From positions 620,001 to 684,000 of the forward strand of contig AP024666.1 in the NCBI GenBank assembly GCA_024346625.1: a stretch of 64,000 nt of DNA, read 5' to 3'. This DNA is from Williopsis jadinii. Its lineage: Eukaryota. This document shows positions 11,657-23,638 of this stretch, in pieces. The position numbers were made by a program, and so were the translations under genes. The notes beneath the pieces were generated by a model that saw nothing but the letters and a program-made list of their open reading frames with translations, had not been told where the DNA came from and ran no database searches. Position 1 is the stretch's first letter, and each line of letters begins with the position of its first letter.

Positions 11657-13252
11657 CTAGTGATATTCACGTAGTCTTGCGGTATTGACATGAACGTTGA
11701 GGTCCAGTCTATCGGCTCTTTCTTCAATGTCGTTGAGTCTCTTATTCTGTCTATCGAGCTCCTCACCTTGAGATATAGCCAACTTCTTCAATCTGCTGCT
11801 GAACTTGCCAATTTCGTCAATGTTGGCCCCAATCTCCGCTTCCATCTCGTCGTCCTCGCTGTCAGCTTCGAATTGGTACTGTTTGGCCTGCGCGAGGACC
11901 TTGTCACGTCTATACTTGGATGCAACCTCATCGCCCAAGCCTTCGCCGTCATCCAGGGCACTCTTGATTCTCTTTGTCGAATCTGTCAGCTGAGCACGAG
12001 TTCTCTCGTTCTCAACCTTGGCAGCAATGTGCTCTGCTTTGATCTTCTCCTCTTTCTCTCTCAATCTACGGTTCTTTGTGAATGGGTTCTTGATGTTCGG
12101 TTTGAGAATGTTTCTGTTGTAATGGTTCAACTGAGTAATCTTCTCCTTGGCCATAGCATCTTGGGTCTCAGCTAAGCCCAAGTTTCTCTCGGTGTTGAAC
12201 AAGATCTCACTCTGCGCACCCAGCATACCCATGGTGTTCTTACCACTCTCCTCAGCCTCTCTGGCCATTCTCAAGGTGTTTCTAGTAGACGCAACAGACT
12301 CCTGCTTTGTGAATCGTATCTGGCCCTTGATTCCTTCAACTTCTTCATCCTCTTCTCTTAGGATTCTTTGCTCCTCTGATTCGGGTTCTTGAGAGAAGGA
12401 TTGATAAGCATCGTCATTGTTGACCTCCCGTCTGTAATTGGTATCGTTCAGGTCTTCATCTGCGTAATGAGTGTCGTTCAAATCCAACCCTTCCGTGTCA
12501 TGAGTTTGCTTCTGGTACAGGCTAGGAACATACGCGTCATCATCATCACCAGAGTGTGCACCAGCACCTTCCTCAGGTACAAAGGAAAACTGACTACGCT
12601 TTCCCGACTCCGCAACCGCAGGATGTTGTATTCTCTGAGATGTGTTCTTAACAGAGTAAGGGTTTGACTCTTTGGAACCGTGGCCGCCTTGCTCATCATA
12701 GGCATTGTTATAATCATCATAACCACCCCCTGGAACTTCATGCTGGCTATAGCCGTGTCCTTGTGACCCTTGGCCGTAGGGGTTTCCACCACCATTGTTC
12801 TTGTGGTAGGAGGTGCCAGAGTTGCCAGAGTCTCCATATGGGTTACCGCTCCCCTGGTTTCCTCTCGATGGCGAATCATACGGATTACCTCCAGTTGAGC
12901 TCGTCCCAATAGACCCATAAGGGTTTACACCAGAACCACCACTGTTCCCGTGAGACCCATAAGGGTTGGATGTGTCCATAGAACCATAAGGATTATCATT
13001 CAGACGGGCTTGGGCTTGAGCTTCAGCGAGAGCTTGTGCCTCCTTCTCTTGTTTGCTGTAACCCTTTGGTGCGTATTCCCCCTTAGCTTTGGCCTTATCT
13101 TTGGCGTACTCTGCGTAGGCACCAAAGGTATTTGGCTTCTTCTTCGAATTATGCTTCACTGGTAAACCTCTATCAAGCATTTCTTCATGCATGTTGGTCT
13201 CCACATCCTCCTGGGTAGGAGGTTTAGTTTTGAAGAACTTTTTTATCCCCAT
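11657..13252 (-). CDS. SEC9: SNAP-25-like t-SNARE Sec9
   Basis: ATG at 13252 (MGIKKFFK; the ORF track extends upstream to a non-ATG start); NPY repeats; two SNARE helices 'IRFTKQESVASTRNTLRMA' and 'GEELDRQNKRL'. Confidence 0.95.
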   Translation of the reverse strand: MGIKKFFKTKPPTQEDVETNMHEEMLDRGLPVKHNSKKKPNTFGAYAEYAKDKAKAKGEYAPKGYSKQEKEAQALAEAQAQARLNDNPYGSMDTSNPYGSHGNSGGSGVNPYGSIGTSSTGGNPYDSPSRGNQGSGNPYGDSGNSGTSYHKNNGGGNPYGQGSQGHGYSQHEVPGGGYDDYNNAYDEQGGHGSKESNPYSVKNTSQRIQHPAVAESGKRSQFSFVPEEGAGAHSGDDDDAYVPSLYQKQTHDTEGLDLNDTHYADEDLNDTNYRREVNNDDAYQSFSQEPESEEQRILREEDEEVEGIKGQIRFTKQESVASTRNTLRMAREAEESGKNTMGMLGAQSEILFNTERNLGLAETQDAMAKEKITQLNHYNRNILKPNIKNPFTKNRRLREKEEKIKAEHIAAKVENERTRAQLTDSTKRIKSALDDGEGLGDEVASKYRRDKVLAQAKQYQFEADSEDDEMEAEIGANIDEIGKFSSRLKKLAISQGEELDRQNKRLNDIEERADRLDLNVHVNTARLREYH

Positions 13253-14308
13253 ATTGCCAAATGCGAACTGTTGTGCTACTGGTTGCAAAGAGTCCAGATT
13301 GATTGGATGTTGGAAAACTTGGTGGTTATACGCTAAGCTTCTTAATTCAAGACAATTTGCGGTTGCGTTACTTTCTCACCCTCAGGCGGGCTAGTCATTC
13401 ATTGGTGCACGGATGTTTTAGTCGGGCGTTGTCCAACATTATATAATTATAATAATGAGCGGTTTTCTTATTAATATATGGTCACCTGTGGTGTATATAT
13501 AAATGGAATGTGTGAAATTGTGAGTTAGCACTATGCCATTACATTAGAAACATTGATGCCGTATTGTGGTGGCTCTTTTTTGTTGGATAAATGATTAAAA
13601 CGATGCATTATTGAAAGCATAATTTACTATAATTCCTCTTTTCTATCATTAGAAGCGTTAATTATAACTACATTTTCCATCAAAAGTTTTACCAAACCAA
13701 GATATTCTTATTTATTGGAAATCATATTCACTGTAATGTCAATACGATAAGTTTTACAGATATAGAGCTCGTTGGTTAGCACAACACCAAAGAACTGTCC
13801 AAATATTCTGTATTCATTATCAACATGGATTATACTGACTGAGATGCTAAGACTAACCACCAAAGTTACAGAGTGCTGATTCAGGAGTAAAGAAGGATGT
13901 CCGTGGCCTGAGAGATTTCAATAGATAGATCATAAAACAATGCTAGAAAACAATTCAGCTCTAAATGACAAACTTTTTTATCGATGCAATGTTGAAATAC
14001 GAAGAGGGGGCTATAAACACAGTGAAGAGAAGACGGGGCAATGGCCAGATAAAAGAAGAAACACAGACAGTTTTGGTTGTGCTCAAGTTCCATGATTCTG
14101 GGATTGTAAGGGACACGGATTGACACATTGATGGGCCAAAGTGACAAATAACATAGTGAAGAAGCGGACTTTACGATGGTGAAGAAGACAAAGGTGATAC
14201 CTGCAGGTACAGCTTTGTGATCTGCACTCACACAGGTAGAAGCATATCCGACATAAAACAATACAGATACAACTAGGTAGAATATATCCCTTCGGTAGGT
14301 GTAAAATA

Positions 14309-14380
14309 TCCGATATAGTGTAACGGCTAGCACGGTTCGCTTTCACCGAGCAGACCCGGGTTCGACTCCCGGTATCGGAG
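14309..14380 (+). tRNA. tRNA-Glu (TTC)
   Basis: TCCGATATAGTGTAACGGCTAGCACGGTTCGC-T-TTC-ACCGAGCAGACCCGGGTTCGACTCCCGGTATCGGAG; cloverleaf, B box GGTTCGACTCC, followed by a T-run terminator. Confidence 0.97.
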
Positions 14381-16663
14381 CTTGTTTTTTTGCAGATATT
14401 CATCAATGAATTACATATGCAGTAAGATGCATAGATTATTAAAGGGATGCATAATGTTTTTGGCGACTGACAACAGCCCACCAATGTGAGTACCTCTCAA
14501 AATGTATAGTGATAAAGTTACAATCTGGAACTTCAAGTGGTGACAGATATTTCTTTTTCAGATAGCCGTAAGCCATATTTATAAACTATTGGTATATTCC
14601 GAACTTGACAACATCTAGGTTGCATTATCGGGTTGAAAAGTGATATGAAATTTACAGCGATTCGCGCTCGTGGGGCATGCCTACACAGGTAAAATTTCAC
14701 ATACTGCTGACAGAACCTCAAGCACTTCAATTCGTTTTCTATTCCTTGCTAGTGGATATCGACAGTTTCACTAGGTGCCAAAGGCCCAGTTCAGATAATG
14801 ATTACAATGTCAGTTACACGGCTATTAGCTGGTTATGCTAGTGCCCATTTGTTATCAGACCGCACCGTATGACTTTGATTGATATGTGGTTCAGGATACC
14901 AAATGGTTCTATTACGATGTGGGCTCTCCTCCAGTGCGATGTTAGGGATCTGGTGTGAAGTAATTCACAAAAGATTTCTGTAACCCACTCGGTGTACATA
15001 GGGGGGATGATACTGATAGCACAGTACAGTGTTTGTTGGTACCAAAAGTTTATTTTTGTGAAGCGTGTTGGTAGAATCTAGTAGAGGTCAAGATAGATAG
15101 CCTTAGGAGACAAGGGGTTTAATGCAAGTGCAGATTTGGTCTCAGGATAGAACATGTGTGGTTGATGGGTCTCGTGGCGAGCCACCTCTGATATCCGGAA
15201 AGGCTCATGGTAGTAGACGTATCATGCATCTTATCCTCCCTGTTGATCATTTCCAGTAACGTCAACATTAACCAACGTTTCGAACCACATCTGGAGTTAA
15301 GAAACACGACGAAAGAACCCTTTGGGATACACACCCAATGACAAGGCTCTGTAGTCTCACCAGTTACAAATTACTGCTTATACGTGGGTAATACACAATG
15401 CCATCACAATTGAGACATGGACAGCCAGCCCTAGGCATCGCTGACGAGCTCAAACCTCCCGGCCGATCGACTCGATTGTACAAGCACTTGGATGAAGCCG
15501 ACAGCCTAGAGCTTGGAGACAAACACGTTGATAGTCGCAAGATACAGGTGCCGTGTCTTTAGATCTCATTGTCGACGTAATTCTACGCGTACGCTCCCGC
15601 CCGCAGCGCGATCCCGTTTGTATGTAAAAATAGACACAGGCGATTTTCATCACTTCGATGACAGTTTTCCCATCATCTGCTTGTCAAAACTGGGCAGGGC
15701 GTGGGTTTTAGGAAAAACAATGGTCCAGAACCTAACTCGACGTAACTGCATTGCAGATGTTTTGAAAGAGAGATTCTATCTTGCGCAGAAAAAAGCCCAA
15801 TCCATAAATCAATGACATGAGCACACGCGCTTACAACCTTACAAACCCACAACCGTAGATTGCAGTGACACACGGGGTCGTTTGTGGTGTTGGTGGCGGT
15901 GGGAGTATTTTTATTTTCCTACTGCGCGGTAGGATCGCCCACCGGATGGTAGGCGGAAGACCTAGCCAATTTTTTTGTTTTTCTTTTCTGTTTGGAGGGG
16001 TGAGGGTGGCAGTAGGCATCTTCGGCGCAACTTCATCGCCATTTTGTCTCCTTTTCCGATCACTTGAAATTTTCTTCTTCTTCTTTTTTCCCTTTATAAC
16101 TTCGAACAGGTTTCAACAACGAGATAGAAAGAGAGAGAAAAGACTTCATTAGAGGTGATTTCATTTAATTTTGTTATTGGCTTTGATTTCTTTGTTTTAG
16201 TTTGATTTGTTTTGTGCCCTTTCTGTTTCAACAGTCAGTTCCAATCCCTGCGAGACCGAATCACACATTTTGCTTTGCTTTGCTTATACTGTGTGGGTGT
16301 CTTGTGTGTTCTTTGTACAGCAGGCTTTTCCTTTGCTCTCTCTTATCGACACACACCAAAGGTTTTATTACGGACTGATAGCTTTCCACCACTGCTCAGT
16401 TGATAAGAGCCGCTTTGAAATACTTTGAACATCGAGTTGAGAGCGTACCCCTTGCATCTGTTTTGGTTGGGTTTGATTTGATTTGATTTGATTTCCATTT
16501 TGTCACAATCGTGTGTGTGGTGTACTTGTTCTGATTACATCTCGTCTCTGGGCTTTTGATACTTTTTTAGTTGTCATCACCGCCTGCTTGATCGCTTACA
16601 AGTTTTTTTGCTTGTCTACAGTTTTGAACCGTTTAACTTCCCGACCAAAGGCTGCGTATACAT

Positions 16664-18448
16664 ATGGCGTCAATCATGTCCTCGACAAGTGCTACTTTTG
16701 AAAACAACTTTGAAGAGTCTCCTTCACAGTCCGCTGGTGCCATCGATGCCGCACCTTCTACTACAGATCAACAGCAGCAGCAGCAAAACCCTCCACAGGC
16801 GCAACAACAGGGCTCTCAACCCTCGTCTACGTTGGAGATCTCTAACCAACCAATGGCCCAATTAGCTGGACAGGATTATATGGCTCCACTTCCAATTCCA
16901 AACCCTCCGTCTGCAACGGCATCTACATCATCGTCTCCACCAAAGACTCTATGGATGGGTGATTTGGATCCGTGGTCTGATGAAGAGGCCATCGTCAACC
17001 TATGGGAATCTTTGGGAAAACGTGTCCTTGTGAAGCTCATCAAGGCTAAGAGAGGAACACCAGCTGCTAATTTGAACACCGGACACGCCGGTTACTGCTT
17101 TGTTGAATTTGAATCGTATGACGATGCTAAATCTGTATTGGCCTTGAATGGATCGCAAATACCAAATACAAACAGATTGTTTAGGCTTAACTGGGCTTCC
17201 GGTGCCACATTGACCTCTCCAATCCCTCAATCACCGGAATATTCGCTCTTTGTCGGTGATTTATCACCATCCACGACTGAAGCGCACCTTCTTGCACTTT
17301 TCCAGACCCACTTCAAATCTGTCAAGACTGTGCGTGTGATGACAGACCCAATAACTGGTACTTCAAGATGCTTCGGCTTTGTTCGTTTCAGCGATGAAGA
17401 AGAACGTAGACGTGCTTTAACAGAAATGTCTGGTGTCTGGTGTGCTGGAAGACCATTGAGAGTGGCGTTGGCTACACCAAGGGCACAACCAGCTGCTCAT
17501 ACGGTTTTGCAAAATGGAACTGCGATCCCAGGTTCTTTCCAAGGAGCTCAACAGTTTTCACAATTCCCAGGACAACAACCACCGCAACAGACTAACGATA
17601 TCATGATGATGCAGTACCAACAAGTCCCTCCCCCATCAATGGTGTACTATCCTCAGGATACTTCTTCACAACAGGTGCATATTCAGCAACAGAATCAATC
17701 TCAAGCTCAACCACCAATACCACAACAGCAGGTTGGTCCTATGAACGCTGGAATCCAAGCAGTTCCATACGCTGACCCAAACAATACAACAGTATTCGTT
17801 GGTGGATTGGCTGCTGGTGTCACTGAACAGACTTTGGCTGCACTTTTTCAACCTTTTGGTAACATCATACATATCAAGATTCCGCAAAACAAGGGCTGTG
17901 GATTTATCCGTTTTGAGAACCGTGAGGATGCTGTCAATGCCATCAATGCCATGCAAGGATTCTCCATTGGAGGTTCACGCATTCGTTTGAGTTGGGGAAG
18001 ACAACAGAACCAACAGAGAATGCAAATGGCTGCAATGGCTGCTGTAATGCAAGGTGGGGCTCCACCACCGCAGTTAGCAATGGCTCAGGGGGCTCATCAG
18101 CAACAATTGGCATCGAACGTTCCGCCAATGACCGCATTTTCTCAACCAATGATGGCACCACCGGTGCCTGCAATGAATAACATGTATTACCTTGCAACAA
18201 ATGATCCTAAATCTCCATATGATCCATCAATTTATCAAATTCAAGAACCTCATCTACACTCACAACAGAAGCCAAATCAAAGCTTCACTACCCAGAATTA
18301 TGAAGAAGCTCACACAGATAACGGCTCTGGTGAAGTTGATGGTAACAGCAATGGAAATGGTAACAGCAACGAAAATGTTGACGGAGTTTCTAAATTGCAA
18401 GAGATGTACAATGCCGCAGTTGCTGGAAAATTGGATTCCCTCAATTGA
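16664..18448 (+). CDS. NGR1: Triple-RRM RNA-binding protein Ngr1 (Nam8/TIA-1 family)
   Basis: 'TLWMGDLDPW', 'YSLFVGDLSP', 'NTTVFVGGL' RRMs with Q-rich linkers; adjacent to MET8 as in S. cerevisiae. Confidence 0.88.
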   Translation: MASIMSSTSATFENNFEESPSQSAGAIDAAPSTTDQQQQQQNPPQAQQQGSQPSSTLEISNQPMAQLAGQDYMAPLPIPNPPSATASTSSSPPKTLWMGDLDPWSDEEAIVNLWESLGKRVLVKLIKAKRGTPAANLNTGHAGYCFVEFESYDDAKSVLALNGSQIPNTNRLFRLNWASGATLTSPIPQSPEYSLFVGDLSPSTTEAHLLALFQTHFKSVKTVRVMTDPITGTSRCFGFVRFSDEEERRRALTEMSGVWCAGRPLRVALATPRAQPAAHTVLQNGTAIPGSFQGAQQFSQFPGQQPPQQTNDIMMMQYQQVPPPSMVYYPQDTSSQQVHIQQQNQSQAQPPIPQQQVGPMNAGIQAVPYADPNNTTVFVGGLAAGVTEQTLAALFQPFGNIIHIKIPQNKGCGFIRFENREDAVNAINAMQGFSIGGSRIRLSWGRQQNQQRMQMAAMAAVMQGGAPPPQLAMAQGAHQQQLASNVPPMTAFSQPMMAPPVPAMNNMYYLATNDPKSPYDPSIYQIQEPHLHSQQKPNQSFTTQNYEEAHTDNGSGEVDGNSNGNGNSNENVDGVSKLQEMYNAAVAGKLDSLN

Positions 18449-18614
18449 TTTTTTTAACCAAAATTGTTTTGTTTTACTTTAAATTGCATTTCATTATCTG
18501 TTTGCCTTTTATGTTTGGTTATACTTTTCTTCCTATTGTTTCATGTTTACGTTTAAAAAAAATCTTAATTTATTGATTTTGTCATCAAAACTTGGTCTAA
18601 TGATTACTCTGTAA

Positions 18615-19467
18615 CTAACCAATGGAGAGCTCATCAAACTTTGGAGGCATCTCCGGGAAAGATTCAACCAACCTCTTCCCAATACCCTCATTTACAATAG
18701 CCCACTGTTTGAACGAGTACATATCAGTAACCTTTGTCATCCAGTCCATCCTAGATTTGATATCTTTCTCTGAACTGCCAGGACACTTGTCTCTCAATAG
18801 TTTACGGACCCTTCCAATGTTTTCCACTGTTTGATCGATCTCATAATCACTAAATAGATCACCGATCTTATCCTTGATAAGACGGGCCATTCTTGGCCCC
18901 TTACCGTTAGTGCTCACCATAACCTGTAATGAACCCTTTCTAAAGATTGCTCCAAAATAGAAATCACACAATGGAGGAACATCAGCAATATTAACTTTCA
19001 AGTTTCTCGCTTTACATTGGTAGTAAATCCTTTTGCTCTCCACTGGATCGTCAATGGCTACCAACACCATCTCAAACTGAGTCTCTCTCAAATATTGGTC
19101 CATTTGCTTGTATTCTTCATCACTGTATTCCTTCAACACTGGTAGTGTGTAGTTGTTTTCATATAGGGAAAGATCACTCTCTTGGAAAGGTCTCTTGACA
19201 ACAGAGTACAGTTGACCAGAATTCTCCCGATGTTGAATCTCTTCGTTGATGGTTGGTGAAATCACAGTGATTTTGGCATTCGCATTTAAGAGATGATAAA
19301 TTCTACTGGCAGCAACTTCGCCACCACCAACAACTAGAACGTGGCGATCTGGTCTGAGTTAGTACCTTTGACCCATGTTGGTTTAAGTCTGACTCACTTT
19401 TCACCTGCCACGCCAATATCAATGAGCCATTGGGCAAGATCTCGGGAAATTTATTTGTATCTGACAT
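18615..19467 (-). CDS. MET8: Siroheme synthase Met8 (precorrin-2 dehydrogenase/ferrochelatase), 1 intron
   Basis: Exon1 19467-19398, intron 19397-19349 (GTGAGT..TACTAAC..CAG), exon2 19348-18615. Spliced N-terminus MSDTNKFPEILPNGSLILAWQVKNRHVLVVGGGEVA; 'VNIADVPPLCDFYFG' and 'STNGKGPRMA' motifs. Confidence 0.95.
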
Positions 19468-19677
19468 AGCTGACTCGAATGACTTAAAGTTATAAAGAAC
19501 AACTGATACACTGGCACTCGATTAGGAAAGGACTATGGATAGATAAAAAAAATTGGAGATGTATTGAAAGATACAGCAAAGTTCATCTCGATCAATAACA
19601 GCCATGCACGAAGTGTAAGTTCTCAAGTGGCCCAACCAACTCTGTCAATTATTTTGTTTGAAAAAAATAAATCAGAT

Positions 19678-19750
19678 TGCTCCACGGCAGGTTCGAACTG
19701 TCGACCTTCAGATTATGAGACTGACGCTCTACCGACTGAGCTAGTGAAGC
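19678..19750 (-). tRNA. Elongator tRNA-Met (CAT)
   Basis: Reverse complement GCTTCACTAGCTCAGTCGGTAGAGCGTCAGTCT-CAT-AATCTGAAGGTCGACAGTTCGAACCTGCCGTGGAGCA resembles yeast EMT genes; downstream T-run. Confidence 0.96.
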
Positions 19751-21626
19751 CAACCTGTGCGTTCCGAAAATCTTCAATCTGCTGTTTTAAGCGAATGAGT
19801 TTGTCATAGCACAAGAGAAACCGGTACAAAGCTAATTGTGAATTACTAATGATTAATGACAATCTCGTTCATGACGGCGTCCTTTAATCATAAGTATCGG
19901 AGTAAAGGCTTGGCTTGCCATATAAGTTTCAATTGATAAGAAGAACGACACTCAGAGTTGATTGCTCATAGTAGAACCATCAGCAGCTTGTAAAGCTTTC
20001 AGTGCGGCGCCACAAGCATTTTCAGTCTGGGATTACCATCGAAAGGATTAAAGCTTTGGGCTGTGACATCACAACGCTGTGGAGGTCAAAGACATTGGAC
20101 TCTGATTTCATAGAATTCTAGAATCAGCGTCCTCTGCGTTTAGTGATTATGTTGACCAGAAATAAAGCGCTAGTGCTATTTTCAGTTCACACGTCACAGT
20201 TGGAATTGATTCTGCGAAGATGGTTTGTGCACATGTCGCAGCGAAAAAAAATTCACTCTATTTTGTGAAGCTTTGTGTCAAAACATAAGTGCGTATTACA
20301 ATTTTCGTTTCTGCATTGCATTTTGGGACGATGCTTTAGAAGCACGAAAACTCGCAATGGTAAATCGTGAAAAGATGCGTACACACTACATAGAATCATG
20401 AGACCAGGTCGTTATGTACATCCCCCGCCGCACTGAAACATGTGGGGCTTAACACATCTTAACGATCCCGAGTCCAACGTCAAGGCGAAGTGACAACTTG
20501 CCTGGTGGACTTAATTGAACGGGAGAGGTTCGGATACGGCATCCACGAGAAACGGTTGAGATACTTTCCGTGGAGACACCCCGTACTCTCCACACATTTA
20601 ACTCAGAGATGCACTGCCTGAACTAGTGTTTTGGTTCCACAGAAGGGATTGAAACTAGTCTTCTGTGTACCTACCAGGTGTTTTCGCAAGTATTTCAATT
20701 GAACTGTGGCCAGAATCAAGGAGCGTCAGCTTGAGTTTCTTGTTTTTGAAACGACACGCTCTCCCACACTCTGTGGGTCGAGAAAGGAGAAACGCAAATT
20801 TCAACAAAGAGACGCACTATAGGCAAGGCTATACAGGTTTAGTATTATGCACCAATTTAACGACCATTGTAGGGCTTAATGTACGCAACCTATCTTACAC
20901 ATCAACTGATTTACCGTGTTCCAATATTGCCACCAGCTTCTAAACATAGCCAAGACCTCAGCCCCTAATTGACTGTGACTTTGTACACTATAGGGACTTG
21001 GGGCCATGGAACGCCTTGCCTTTCACCCCCCCCTCTTTGTAGTGTTTGTGAGATAGGGGTATACGCCTCTTGATGAGAAGAAAGGCAGAGAGAGGTACGA
21101 GACTGGAAATTGAGTCAAAGAATACAGATCACAAACCGCTTCAGGAACCACCAATAACTTCATCATGTCATAGCTAGCCCTAAACTCCCAAAATTGTGGG
21201 TGGATATTACATCAACCATCGCTTTCCGCATGTGCATGAAGGCTTTCATCTTGACTATAAATTCTCGATGCTTAACTGACGGCGACAGGCCAAAACCAAG
21301 CTAAATTTAAATACAATGGCTATGTAATGACTACAAGACACAGATAGAACCAATTAGTTCATCCATTTCAAATGGTTATATACAAATTGCGTTATGTATT
21401 GATTCTCAAAAAGATCGTTCCAAAAAAAAAAAAAGCATCCGAACACAAATATAAGTGTTATTGTAAAAGTAAAAAATATCCCGTATTCCCAAATTAACCG
21501 TTATCCCATGTGATGAAACCATATCAAAAGCTTCATTAGTTTGATGTTTGTTTTGTTCTTTTTTGCTATGTTGTATTGCTGGCTTGAATTTGTGATGAGC
21601 CAGTTGAAAAAGATAGACACCCTAAA

Positions 21627-21998
21627 CTAAGAAGATGTGGACAGAAGCCACTTCTTGTAGTTCATCTTCAAAGCATTTGAACCCTTGACAATGGTTTCTT
21701 CAATCACGTCATTTTGTTCGAGGGATTTGATTATAGGAGAGGTGGTATATTGCAGACTTGTTTTCTTGGTAGCGAGCTCAAAAGCAGGAATGACATCCTG
21801 CGAGAGGTCCAGTTGATCGATAAAGCAATCATCCTCGTCATTGTGGAAGGCAATGGAGTTGTTTCTTGAAGATATTCTTGATTCGTAGAGAAGAGGTGTC
21901 TGTGCCTGTTGTGGTTCTGGAATTGACTCTTGGGACTCCAAAGAGGACGAGTAGAGGTCGAACTCTGGTTGTTCGATTTCAAATTCAAAAAGATCCAT
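21627..21998 (-). CDS. Icy1/Atg41(Icy2)-like small acidic protein (123 aa)
   Basis: ATG at 21998 (MDLFEFE...). The C-terminal 'NALKMNYKKWLLS' resembles the Icy1/Atg41 'NYRLWLSS' end, and the position next to CMC4-RPL36 matches the ICY1/ICY2 loci. Confidence 0.7.
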   Translation of the reverse strand: MDLFEFEIEQPEFDLYSSSLESQESIPEPQQAQTPLLYESRISSRNNSIAFHNDEDDCFIDQLDLSQDVIPAFELATKKTSLQYTTSPIIKSLEQNDVIEETIVKGSNALKMNYKKWLLSTSS

Positions 21999-22592
21999 TG
22001 GAGATGTGTATAATATCTCAGTTATGTTTATGCCTTGTCTTAGTATCAACTGGTTTTGCTGAAGCTGGTTGATCAGTGGTGATTAATATTTAGATCAAAC
22101 TAGTGGAAAGTTGGGCTCCCGTTGGCATTTATATAACATGTGGGTGAAAACACCCGCCCACAATTGTACATCAGTGTGACGACCCACACATTTTTTTAAC
22201 ACACATGTGGTTATGATTCATCGTGCACCAACAATCTTGCGCATTGAATTGCGCAATTTGAATAAAAAAATTTTCTTTGGGCTTCTTTTTCCACAAATAA
22301 CGCCAAACCGAGCCATTTCACACGGTGCGCGCAACCCTAAAGTGTGAAAAACCGTACGAAACGAAACGCGCTTCAAATAGACAATTTAGGAAAGTTGGAC
22401 AGTGAGAAAAGTAAATAGAGGTTACAACGTTGGAATTATAGTGGTTATGGCGTTTCATATCTTGAGGGATAGTGGTTATCCAAAAGTCTATAGACTATTA
22501 TGTAGTTCTTCAAGTAATTATGATTTCTCTTCACAACGGTTTGTAATTCAAAACAATAGGTGTTTACACCCCCATTGAGGTGAAATAAAAAC

Positions 22593-23638
22593 TGAGTCAC
22601 ACACTTAAAGTGTGACACCTTGAACAAATTTGACACCCTCGTGCTCCACCTTACATGACGAAAAAAATAGACAAAAATAAGCAAAGCTCGTGGGCTATGG
22701 CTTTCAGAGCGCAAATTAAACGCTGTGTTATAGACGCACAAGCCAGGTTTCAAGGCTTAACATAAAAGCTCTTTGGGGCAAGGACACACATAGAGTACCA
22801 TAATTAGCTATTTCCGAAACCCTTTGAGGTTATCTAGAACCAGTATTGCAAATTAGATGGGGAATATTAGGGATTAGTTAACCCGAGTTTCTCGGAAAAA
22901 CCCAAGACACCCAGAAGCAGAAAAACACACACAACTTTTATGCGCGCGTTTGCTCCTATGTTGCCATGAGCGAGGGGGACTCGGTCAGCCACAACTGTCA
23001 AATTTCTAATCAAGTGGCGATGACGACTATTCACACACTATTCTGATTTATCAGATGAAAGATTAGAAATCAACCACGGATGGCTGTGGAATCGTCATCG
23101 ATGAGGAATTAAAACACTCTCTCAACAGATTACACTCTTTGACTACAAATATCTTCTCTTGTTTCAGATATTTTAGTTTCTATGAGGGGCGTTTGTGTGT
23201 GTGTGTTCCTTTTTTTCTTCCTGCTCTCTAACGCACACCACATTTCACAATTTCATGGGCGTCACCGGGGGCTGGAAGGGTTCTTTTTTATTCCACAGAA
23301 CCTCATCGTCGTTTGAGCAAAATGTCAAATTCCGATCTACCCAACAATAGCCCCGGAAACTGAAAGTTCAAATTCCGAGAGTCTTCCCCAACTATAATTT
23401 CTCAGACAGAAGAACGAGGGAGGAGTCATCACATCTGCTTGTTGAATGATGGGGTAAACAATATGGAGACAAGTACGAATTGATCCCCAACTACCACCTG
23501 GTTGTAATTGGTCATTGCCCATGGCCTGTAGGTACTGCTTGATCAAGTGCATAGTAACAAGATTGATCAATTCGTTTCATCCATTCAATCCAAGTGATGA
23601 ATATTATTGCCTCGGGAAGCCAAACATCTTTTGAGTCA
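22593..23638. promoter_or_regulatory. Two perfect Gcn4 sites (TGAGTCA at 22593-22599 and 23632-23638) upstream of the ATG41/ICY1-like gene
   Basis: Motifs seen directly; ATG41 is a known Gcn4 target in S. cerevisiae. Confidence 0.5.

Noticed and set aside
11690..12918. Several 80-160 aa ORFs overlapping SEC9
   Set aside because: Shadow frames of a real gene; the same applies to the many antisense ORFs over GCV2, GYP5, SGS1 and BEM1.
13481..13488. GTCACCTG as a point-centromere CDEI
   Set aside because: It mismatches RTCACRTG, and no very AT-rich CDEII or CDEIII CCG motif follows.
13881..14484. 150-aa and 133-aa minus-strand ORFs
   Set aside because: Cys/aromatic-rich non-protein-like composition, and they overlap tRNA-Glu antisense.
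16472..16493. (TTTGA)n tract upstream of NGR1
   Set aside because: Simple repeat in a T-rich leader; no intron signals or structure found.
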